64,000 bases of DNA, from the NCBI GenBank assembly GCA_905178155.1, contig CAJINV010000002.1, positions 10,272,146 through 10,336,145 of the forward strand, read 5' to 3'. Position 1 is the first letter of the stretch. The number at the start of each line of letters is the position of its first letter. The position numbers and the translations under genes were made by a program. This DNA is from Amoebophrya sp. A120. Lineage: Eukaryota; Protista; Dinoflagellata. Below, in pieces: positions 49,457 to 60,120 of the stretch. The notes beneath the pieces are model-generated. The model saw only the letters and a program-made list of their open reading frames with translations. It did not search any database and was not told the origin of the DNA.

Positions 49457-50699
49457 AATTCAAACATCATGCACAGTGAAATTGACAAATTTTTTCATTT
49501 CATTTCCATAACGAAAAAAAAAACGTCGCCGCAGATGCAAAACGGTCTGGAGCAACATTCCGCAAATGAGAAAAAGCTTCTAATATAATCACCTCCGTCG
49601 GATGGAATCTCCATCTCTACTTCGCCCTAGTCGCCCGTATTTCTACTTTCTGTCTTTCTAGGATCTCGTCACCGATGTTGTCAAAGATAGATTTCTTGCC
49701 TGCGAACTTGGTTCTCGTCTTGCTTTCACTGCATAATCCAGTACTGTTGCCGATGTTGTCACTGTTGTACCATTGGCCCACTTTCCGTAGCTTGGTGTAT
49801 CAGCTACACGATCGCGGTACCGTCTCCTCGAATGATATCTTGTTTTCTCGTTCCTTTCTAATACTCCGTTACTGATGTTTTCGTGTTGCCGCTATGCAGC
49901 CCTACTTTTCTACCAGTTTGCAACTAATACAATTTGATTTATGCATTGAGCACACGTTGACCTTTTACTCGAATTTTTCATTCTACTTCTAACCTTTGCG
50001 GATTTACTATCAAGCGCACTGAAACATGAAACGCACAACATCTTCAACATCACGCCTGTCAAGAGGATATAAAAACTTTTTCTAAATGAGTCCAAAAATG
50101 ATCTTAGGCCCACTTTGATTTCGATATCTTTTGCCGACGCAGACAGCTTTGACAAAACTTCTTTTCGTGAGGACACAACTATGAGTACACAGGCAACTTA
50201 CTTCTACTTTCGTATTTTTTATTTTTCCGTCGCAGTCCTCATGTACGCATTACGAAAACTCCAGATACTTGCTTCTCTTTCACGCCTTTCACAGTCGTGC
50301 AACCATGATTCAACATCACTTATCAACGGTTTTCGATTTTCAGGAGAAATTACACTGCATAAAGAACGCTTTTTTCCCCTACATCTCGGTGGAACCGGAA
50401 GGTGAACATCTGACACAACACTTCGAGGAGCAGAAGGATGCAATTGAAAGACAACACGGCTCCACCAATAGAACAGACGAATTTAGCGTTTCTTTTATAT
50501 CGATAACCCCCTTAAAACAGTTTCTTCGAACAGGATGAAATTCTGCGGGTTTTTGTGTTTCCTCCCGCCCTCGATATCATCAGCGGTTAGACCTATCATA
50601 TTCGATTAAACTTCTCCTTTGCACATCTGCAATATGGCGGGCGAGGCCTCTTCTCCTAGGTATGCAAACGAACAGCACGGTGCGTCGCATGCAACGTTT

Positions 50700-53600
50700 T
50701 CAAAACACGTCGTCAATCTCCTCATCCAGCGCATCCAGCCCCATGCGCTCCCTTTCCATTGGCTCGTACGCCGACATGAACTTTTCGATCGCACCCCACT
50801 TCCCTCGGTTCCAGCCGTCCTGTTTTCAACGTTGTTTCGCATAGCACCCGAACGATGGCATGAGCATGAAAAAATGGAACTATCATACACTGGCAGCATT
50901 TCACATACCGAACTACTTCGCGTCTCTTTTCCAGCGAAACCACTTGCTTCTATACCTCTGTTTTTGCCATCAGTTTATGGTTGATGATATCCAGCTATCA
51001 AATGTAAAAATGTCTGGGTCTGGAAGATTGCAACTTGTCATGCTAAATCTGCAGCATGCAAAAATCTGTGTTGCATGATTACCAAAAGCCGCCCAATTTT
51101 GACCAAGTCGGGAGGTAGTTTCTCATGCAGGATAGGCATTAGAAAGTTCTCGCAGAATCTGTCATGCTAGCTCCGGCATTCCAGACCTCATGGGTCATGG
51201 AAAAGCAGCATGACAAATCGCGCATTCTTCCAGACCCAGACATTTTTACACTTGATACCAGCTCGACGACGGTCTCGCCGTATCGGTAAAACCCCTTGTT
51301 AATTCGATGAAACGGCACGGTATCAAATGCAAAAATGTCTGGGTCTGGAAACTTGTGATGCTAAAAATGAATGGTATACGAACTGCATTACGCAGCTATG
51401 CATGACAAATTTTTTGGCTCCCATGTCTTACGTATTCCGCATGGTAAACTGCGTTTTTGCATGACAGGTAAGAGGGCCTTTTCGTGCCTATGTAACACAG
51501 ATTCTCAATTCATGCCAGACAAGCATGACAATAAACTTGCATTCTTCCAGACCCAGACATTTTTACAGTTGATACACGGCGGAGCCGGTCGAATTGTAGA
51601 ACTCAGCCAGGCGATTGTCCACTGGATCACGCAAATCCCATGGCGTGTAGGGAACCTTGTTCCACGTCAAAATTATGTTGGGCACAACTGGTGGCAAAAC
51701 TACGCTACGCTGGGCTACTGCAGCGAGGAGCGCGTGATGACTTGTAGCAACAATCTATTCGGACAGCCGAAGGCGGCGCCTGGAGGTGCTTCTATGCAAG
51801 CATCTCTAGTATTATTTGAAAAAAAATCAGTACCGCTGGCCGTGTGCTCGCATAGAGCTGCCGTGTGTGCAAATGATGCTGCCCGCCACCGCGATTCGCG
51901 CTGTTTCGTGACCCGCCGCTCTGTTTGGTGTTTCATACACAATTCCAGTTATTCAGAGCAGCTTGTCGTTTCTGAGCAATGTTTCGCATGCCACGAAAGC
52001 GACAACGACAAATACTTCACTTTTTACGCACAAGAGCAGGGCGTGTCATTTCTACTTCTTACCGTCGCCGAATATCGGCTTGCATTCTGTTCCCCCGGCG
52101 TTCGCACGACGACTCCCGCACCGGCGTCCCTTTCTGCCAGCATCTTGTGTAGTCTGTCGATCTCCCGTGCCTGTTCCTCGTTTTCGGATTGTAATTCTGC
52201 TACCTGCCGCTGCAACTGCTCCACCTGGTTCATCGCCGCAGATTGCTGCCCGACGGAGAGATTGGTCGTGTTTAGAGAGGTAGAGTTGCGCGACACAGGG
52301 CCGGTAGTTTTGTTGGTCAAGACAGACCTGCTGTTTACATTTGTCATTGCTCCTCCGGTGGTGGTACTGTTTCGCGCGGCTGGTTGCGCGAAGTGTGGCC
52401 CCGATCGGGAAGAGGAGGATCTGGAGTTCCGCGATTGGCTGGCTTGTTCCTGGTGCTCTTGCGGATCCCCTTGTGATGCACTGTGTAGGTGTTGCAGTTC
52501 CTCTTGCTGCGATACTTGATGTTCAGTCACACTGTAGTTGCTCCTGGACGACCCCTGATGTCCTTGACTGAAATTGTTCTGCGTATACGCATTTCCATTA
52601 CGTCTCACCAATCCAGCACCTGACATGTTGAAGGTTCCGGCACTTCCACTACTGGGGAAGAACTGCTGCGGTAGTTGCTGTGGTGCGGGAACCCCAACGG
52701 GCCCGGGTGGCGGCAAGCCTCGGATCACATTGTTCCCTGGTGCGGGCCGGTAGAAGTTCCCGACTTTGTTGCTCGCTGCAGAACTGTTGGCTGTTTCGCC
52801 ACCCACCGATTGCTGTGGCAGCACGAACTGGGGCATAGACTGCTGTGGCTGGTACACGGGAACGCCTCCCGGCACGTTTTGCTGCCCGGGGAAAGATATC
52901 AACTGTAAAAATGTCTGGGTCTGGAAGAATGGAAGATTTGTGATGCAGGTTTTCCATCACCCATGAGTTCTGGAATGCGAGACCCAGCATGACAGATTTT
53001 CTGAGGTCTCTATCATCCCTTTCCTGCATGAGAAACTCCCTCTCAACCTGGTCAAAAGCAGACAGCTTTTGGTACTCACGCAACACAGATTTTTGGATCA
53101 TTCAGATTTAGCATTACAAGTTCTAACCTTCCAGACCCAGACATTTTCACATTTGATAAAAGAGAGCATGGGCTGCTGTAGCTGCGTAGGAACAACTCCA
53201 GGTACGACACGACTGGGCACCTTGACACGGAAACACCTCGACAGTGAACTCCCGACGAATTTTGCAAAACCCCTAGTCGATTCTTTGTCGATTCCTTATC
53301 CAAAACGAAAATCGCACGCACGTGCTCCAATGTCTACGCTCACGACTGTTGTCGTGCGCCACACGGCCAGAGAGAAGGCCGGCGACTTGAAACCACACAA
53401 AGCCAGCGCTTTGCTCCAAGTCGCTGGCAGTTTTTGGCGTCCCCTTTCGGTGTCGAACAATTGCACGCCGCGCTGCGGTTCTACTGTATCGAACCGGCTG
53501 CGCGGCTTTTGCACTGTGCGTCATCTTCCGGCTCGAGCCTTGCTTTGTACACTTGTACGAAATGGAGGCCCCGCTCACCCTGCGGCGTGGCGATTTTGCA

Positions 53601-54599
53601 CAATTGTACGAAAAGCGGCGTGGCACGTGGCGTCACATCGCCACCCTGCGGCGTAGCGATTTCGTACATTACCATCGGGGGGATGGCGGCGCCAGCAGGC
53701 GACGACCTAAAGGAGCAAGCCGCTTTTCGTACAATTGTACGAAACAGGGGACAACACTGTCCGCCACTTTCGCAGGCGTGCTTGCATTCTGCGGGCCGCG
53801 GCAGCGCTGCCCGCGCGCCCAGTGTCCGCGCGCGCCCAAGTGCATCCACAGCAGCGGCGCGGAGCCTCTGTCGATTCCTTGTCGATTCCTTGTCGATTCC
53901 TTGTCGATTCTTTGTCGATTCCTTGTCGATTCCTTGTCGATTCCTTGTCGATTCTTTGTCGATTCCTTGTCGATTCCTTGTCGATTTTTTCTCATTTCGT
54001 ACAATTGTACGAAATCAGCAGCTCTGAAAGAAAATGTCACTTTCCTAATTTCGTACAATTGTACGAAATCAATATTTCTAAAAGAAACAGCGAATTTCGT
54101 ACAATTGTACGAAATTGTACGAAATCGACAAAGAATCGACAAAGAATCGACAAGGAATCGACAAGGAATCGACAAAGAATCGACACGGACTCGACAGAGG
54201 TCACCCCGAAACATGGGCGCAACGAGTGGAATCGACAAGGAATCGACAACGACCACCGAGAAGCAAGGCAGCAGAGCCGTCGCATTAGGCACAAACACTT
54301 GTGCTCTATATTCATGACAACGGTGGTCATGCTTCTCGAACTGTTTATTGTATGCGCTACTTGGGTTGTACACGGCAGTGGACCAAGCACGCAGGCAGAA
54401 AACAAGGAAGATATCGGCCAAAATCGACAAGGAATCGACAGAAAATCGACAGAGAATCGACAGCAATTCGACGACTTCAGCTTGTCGAGGTGTTCCGGTG
54501 CCAAGGCTGCTGTAGCTGCGCAGGAACAACTCCAGGTACGACACGACTGGGCACCGAGGCCTGTCGAGTGCTGGTGGACGTCGATGTGGGGAAAAACAT
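50700..54599 (-). CDS. Protein with a low-complexity N-terminus, coiled coil and C-terminal GAR/Gas2-like domain; carries four inserted elements
   Basis: Reconstructed C-terminus DPVDNRLAEFYNSTGSAV|PFHRINKGFYRYGETVVEL|DIINHKLMAKTE|DGWNRGKWGAIEKFMSAYE resembles GAR domains. N-terminus MFFPTSTSTSTRQAS|VPSRVVPGVVPTQLQQPMLSF|PGQQ. GT-AG intron at 50820-50955. The junction between ~51760 and 52060 is unresolved. Confidence 0.65.
50996..51257. mobile_element. Introner-like TIR element, family A1 (262 bp), TSD CCAGC
   Basis: CCAGC at 50991-50995 and 51258-51262; near-perfect family A TIR. Confidence 0.95.
51321..51574. mobile_element. Introner-like TIR element, family A2 (254 bp), TSD CACGG
   Basis: CACGG at 51316-51320 and 51575-51579; family A TIR. 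Confidence 0.95.
52897..53158. mobile_element. Introner-like TIR element, family A1, reverse orientation (262 bp), TSD AAAGA
   Basis: AAAGA at 52892-52896 and 53159-53163. The interior is the reverse complement of the 50996 and 20062 copies. Confidence 0.95.
53222..54504. mobile_element. 1283-bp foldback-like TIR element flanked by a 51-bp direct duplication of exon sequence
   Basis: 53171-53221 equals 54505-54555 with 1 mismatch. Ends TTGACACGGAAACACCTCGACA / TGTCGAGGTGTTCCGGTGCCAA. Contains internal 11-bp arrays and palindromes. Confidence 0.88.
53869..54249. repeat. Opposed 11-bp tandem arrays (GTCGATTCYTT)n and (AATCGACAARG)n around three ATTTCGTACAATTGTACGAAAT palindromes
   Basis: About 11 units at 53869-53987, inverse units at 54123-54184 and 54230-54249. 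Palindromes at 53994, 54048 and 54094, and a 20-bp copy at 53725. Confidence 0.9.
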
Positions 54600-55139
54600 G
54601 CTCGTTGATGTTCTTAGTGATGAAATATTAAACGCGTATTAGTTCCTTCTTTGTGTCGCTGATTCTGCACGTGCGCGGAAACAAATTTTTCTCACCAAAA
54701 CAAAACACGGAAAAGCCTTAGTGTCTTCCGTACTTTTTTTGCAACCAAATCTGGTAAAATTGCTCTCAAAAGACGTTGCCACGACGACCACAGACAGTCA
54801 TTGCTATAGAGCAAAAACCCGAGGACAGCCTACTTTACCAGCTTTCTTTAGGGTTCCTTTGAAGAACGCCGCTTTTTACCTCAGCACTGTATTGACGACG
54901 TAAAGAAGCTTCACCGAACATGACGCTCTTTGTTCTCGGGCCAAACTGCGCCCAGAACACGAAAGCCGGCTTATTCTTAATGCCGTTTTGTTGTACCAGG
55001 GATGTTCATGTTCTGCGCGAGTGCTTTTGTATTCATGGCGTTCTTTCATGTAATGTCGCAATCAGAAAACTGAATTTCCGTGTTTTTGTCGCTCGTGTAG
55101 AAATGCTTGCCGCGGCGTTTAACAAGCTAAGAATCTCTG

Positions 55140-57030
55140 TTATATCGAGGAAGACAACGGTGCATTCGCGGCTGCAGGTGGGGGAGCCGACTGGTTCGCA
55201 GCCGGAGCAGGAGCAGCTGCCGTTGCTGTGGGGGGTGGATTTCCAGCTCCCGCAGATGGCGCCGCAGGGGCGCCTCCTCCGCTTGTCGGAGCTGGTGCAG
55301 GAGGTGCGGCTACGGTGTCTGGGTGCTGCAGTCTACGCAGCTTGTCAATCACCGTGTTTTTGTCCTGGATGAACTGCTGATCTTGTTGGCGATCGGGTAT
55401 CAGGAAGGTATCCAGGAAGTCCACGAGCCGGTCGCGATTTTGGTGCCTGGCAATTACAGTTTTGTTGAATAAATTCAACACAAGCAATTATTTTCTTTTC
55501 GTTATTGCAGAACTAACGCAACATGTTGAAAACAGCTTCATCTTGACGCAGATGGCACCTGCAGATCATGATAGATAAAGGGTAACAGCAAACAACCAAA
55601 TACAGTATTATCGTGATTTTCCTCGGTTTATTCGGATTTGCGGCGAAGATTTTGAAGACGTGGAAGGCTTCAAACTGGATGGTTTTTGACGACGACCGCA
55701 GAAACGTCATGTGCACCTTCAAGTACTCCTCGGAGTTTATGTATTGCAGCATGATCTGCATGAATTGCCGGTCCAGCAGCATGTCACTCAGCAGCTTCAG
55801 GGATTGGCGCTGGCAAATGTAGAGATCTTCCTGCGCGTTGTGCTCGCTGTACGTGCTCAGCAAAATGTCGTGGTAGTTTCGGAAGAATTCGTCAAAATTC
55901 GCCAAAATCCAGCGCGCGGAAAGCTGCTTCGCGCGGCACAAAAGTTCCTTCACAGACAGAAAAGCGTCTGACGCAAGATCGAAATTGTCGCTGGTGCGCG
56001 CTATTTCGAACAACTGGTAGATGATTTTCTCATCGAGCGCGTGCTTGTTGACCCCTGGACACCGGCAGAGCTCCCGTAGCACGATGCCGTAATTCAGTGA
56101 AATTTCGGGCGACCGCGCGTACCGCTCAGCGATCAAAGGGATCAGCTTTTGCGAGACCTGTGGACGGATGAAAGCAGTCACTCTAGCTATTGAAATTGGT
56201 GATGGCACATAGAAGTTCTTGCACTTAATCAACAATACTAGCTAGAGCTCGGGCACGCTCACTGATGCATCACGATCTGATGAGAGTTGGAACGCCCAAC
56301 GGAATAACCTTATACAGAAGGACGTAGCTCCATCAAAATTCTCTGACTATACCACGTATTGCTCGAACGGCGTGTACTCTGCTTCTGAGTTCACCGGCGG
56401 CCCTGCGGAGGTGGCGCCGCCGCCGGCCGAGGATGGAGCGGTACTGGAGCTGCTGCCGCCCGCGATGCCGGTCTGCGATCGGCAGATGTTGGCGAACAGT
56501 GTCATGACGTCTTTTCGACCTTCAAAGTCGATCTCGGGCAGGGTGACGAGAAGCGGCTGGAGCAGGTTCATCTCGGTCGTTATTCGCGGAATCCAATCCT
56601 GCTGCCGCTCAATCACTTGTGCCAGCTGCCCAACTACTTGTACCAAGTCCCCGACGTTCTGTGCCTGGGAATGGAGATTGGAAATTATCGTATTTGAAAA
56701 TATTGGCAAATTTTCCTGTGCAAGGAAAGAAACTAGAACTCCCGGTGGCGGTACAAAGGCCAAACGTTGAGTAAGTTCTAAGTTCCGGGAGCAGGTGCAG
56801 GATGTCAAAATTTACAAAAAAAAAATCTTTTTTACCTGCAGCGCCACCTGCATTTTCTCGCACAGTTCCACCATCTTTTTGTGCGCGTCGCAGTCGCTTG
56901 AAAATATCGAGATCAGAATAAAAGCCTCAGAGTCGGGGGCCAAGACAAAATTCAGAAAGATATATTTATAACTATGGCAACTACAAACAACAGGGCTCAA
57001 CAACATTGCTCTGCTGAAAAAATTCGCCAA
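55140..57030 (-). CDS. MO25: MO25/CAB39 family scaffold protein, multi-exon (start uncertain)
   Basis: IDFEGRKDVMTLF, ISLNYGIVLRELCR, FDLASDAFLSVKELL, QRQSLKLLSDMLLDR, SKTIQFEAFHVFKIFAANPNKP. Exons are separated by GT-AG introns. Confidence 0.9.
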
Positions 57031-60000
57031 AGAAAGGTAGTACCAAGTTCCAAAAAAATCTAAAAATCGAACATAGTGATGTCACAGTCTACTGACACGG
57101 AACTTGTGCTCAGATCAGATCAGAATATTACATAGCATAGCATAGCATAGCATGGGGTTTGGCGTGTCGGAACTTTAAGAGTGCAGCCGACTTTTTCATG
57201 AACTAGAGCTCGACCACGCGTACTATTCTAGTAGAGGCGGCTAACAGTGATGCTTGTACCCCGCCCGCGATACAAATTCCCCGGGCCGTATAGCATGCCT
57301 ATTGGGTGGGACTGGGAATTTCGGCCACTGAACAAAACCCGACAAGCACACCGAAAGTCTTATACCGGTCGATGCTAAAGCTTCACGCGCCGCAACCAGA
57401 GCACCGGCTGATTACCCTAAACCCTGTTTAAGTTATCAAGCACTTACTTTTTACTATTCGTCTAATACAAGTTCCCATTTGCATGCATCTACACCTCGGC
57501 CTGGATCATTTTGATCTTTTTCTTTTCGTTTTTTTTTTATGTACCCTGAACCCCTCCATCAAACTTCCCATGTACGTGCAAATTGCCCGGCCCACACGGA
57601 CGCTTCTTTTCCCTAGTGGGAATATACTCGTGTACTGGTGGGGACAGCCCGCTGCGCACTGGACTCGCCGATGGGAATTTACGATCTAGTTGTTTTTTGT
57701 TTTTCGTACGAAAACTTTTTGATCTACTTGAACTGCAGCACTGTAACGCTATGTATAAAAAAGAATTTTTACCACCTTCTTGTTTTTTTTGGCCGAGGTG
57801 TCTAAGGCGCTACTAGTGCCACTGATCCGCACAGTGGGCTTCCGCGCTACGAATATTTGTAGGTCGTCGAAGGTGGGCGCTACGCGGAATGTACTACACG
57901 AGCAGGCCTATGGTGGCGGCCACGGCGATGCAGTCACGCAGACCGCCATGCAAAACTAACTAGCCTCGCCATGAGGTCCCCGCGAACGCCACGCCTGTCG
58001 CCGCATCTGCTGACGCAACAGCAGTGCGAGGGATGGACTATGCTAAGCCTCTTCGGGCATAAGTTATTCATCCCTTTTTGTAGTAGTACTACCGGTCGGC
58101 GTGCTATGTACGGTTAAGTCCCTAGAGCACCAGGGGAGCTAAAAAACAAGTTCTTCACCGCCGGGCGCTACACTAGTACGATTGTTTTCCTTTTTTTTAC
58201 TAGAGCTATCGCCAAACCCCTTCACGTTCACGCCTCTGTCTCAAATTCTTTTACGTGTTTCCTTTCACTTTCTCGCACAAAATGTCACTTTTTTTTTGTT
58301 TTCCGCCACGAACCCTTGCTGCTCACAGCTTCCTCAACCTCAAGCGCGTTTTCTTCTTGGAAAACGCAGCACACCGCGTCGCTGCCTAGGGGTCGTCTGC
58401 ATGCCCCCGGGGCACCTTCCGCCTAGATCACGCCGGCCAGCTCCACTAGCGCGCATAACCTGAGATGAAGTTTTTTCCCGCAAAGCAGCACCGCAGTGCT
58501 GCCGCCTGAATGGAAGATCGAGCTCATCCTTCAACTACTATTTTGCATATCTGTGTTTCACATCGATCAATGCAAACTAATCAAGATAAATCAAAGTATA
58601 CTAATCAAAATAAATATAAGTAAACACTACTGCGCATGACAAGATCATATGAATTAGTATCCTTTTTCCGTTTCGCCGCGCGCTCCCTTCGTCTCTCGAT
58701 TGGTATGCCGTCTCGCGTATGTTCTCGCTGTACGGGTTGCGTGTCCTGGTATCAATTGGGTTCCACTTGCTGCACATCAGGTGTCGCATGCAGGTCCAGG
58801 AAGCGTCTTCTGGCAGGTGTGTTGCGTTCGGCCATGTGGAGGTCGACTATAGATCCCGGGGGCAGCAAGCCCGTGCTCTATCGCGGCAAGCCACCTCCCT
58901 GGCGGCGCTTGCGGTGTGTGGCTCCTTTCTCGCGTGCGCGTGCGCGAGAATTACCGTTTGGTATGCTCGCACTCGTTGGTGCGGCGGTACAACAGTTTTT
59001 TTGGAGAGAAACTCAAAAGACCCCCAGTGAGAGATAGATAGATAGATGGAACTGGACAGACTAGTAGAAAGAGAAAACAAAGAAGAAAGAGAGAGAGCTA
59101 CGGTTATCCACTACCTGTGCTGCAAAATAAAAACGCTGTTAGGAGGTAAAGGAAAAGGAAAAAAGACATATTACGATCTTGACTGAGAGCTAGCAATTTT
59201 GTATACAGTTATACTCGTGTGCGAAAAGTACAATTTTAGGTGGGGACCAGGCGAGTTGTACGAAGTCTAGTTTTTGAACTTGTTGTAGTGAGGAGAACTA
59301 ACTTTTTCGTGTAATTTTCGGACCATAGCATGCGGACAAGGCGAGACGTTTCTACTGGCTTTTCCGCGGAGAAGTTTACTTTTAGAAAGCGACACTCTTT
59401 CTGCAGCGAACTATCACTAGACCAGCCTCAGTTTCCACTTTGTTTCCTGTAGCAACACGGCCCTCACCTCCGTTCGCTCGTATGTCTGCGTATCCTTGAA
59501 AAAGAACAGGCTGAACTCGCATATAGCGTTGTGATTTGCAAAACACAAATCACCTACCGCGTGTTCATCCTGGGGGGCTTAGTGTTACCAAATTGCTCCG
59601 CCGTCGTGTGTGAGGGCCGTGTTGCTTGTGACTCTGCATCTACTGCTGCGGGTCCCGCGCGCACCGAGCGCCCTTGGTCCAAAGTCTACTGTCAAAGTCT
59701 ACTGACACGGAACTTCTGGAAGTCGACCGATACAGACGCGGTTTCACGAAATTGAATCTCCGCGATTCAAAGGGAGGCCGCTAAACGGTTTTAGAGAGGT
59801 CTTACAAGACCCTTACAAATGCACGCCGTAGCATCGCGCTTAGAGTTTTACGAGACCCCTTTTAAAGGGGTCCCCTAAACGGAATCGCGATGGTGTCGTT
59901 GCTTTTTGAAAAAAACACATCATAGCACCGCGATCATTAGTGAAAAACCAAATTGGGATCTCATTTAGATTATCACATTCATAATCTGCCACGTGGTGAC

Positions 60001-60120
60001 GCGCGGAAGCTGTGGACAACGGAGGACCAAAACGGAGTCGATTCAGGATGGATATGTGCCTATTTGCTGTCTTAATAAAGATTTTTTTGAATTATTGAAG
60101 TCATAATCCTCCAGACCATC

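Noticed and set aside
53434-54642. Long overlapping ORFs (VDSLSIPCRF / NRQGIDKEST repeats) as genes
   Set aside because: They are translations of stop-free 11-bp arrays, open in several frames on both strands, with no transposase motifs.
188-56770. Numerous long plus-strand ORFs
   Set aside because: They are antisense shadows of GC3-rich minus-strand genes, with no recognisable domains.
57413-57425. Telomeric repeat (CCCTAAACCCT)
   Set aside because: Fewer than two units; expected by chance.
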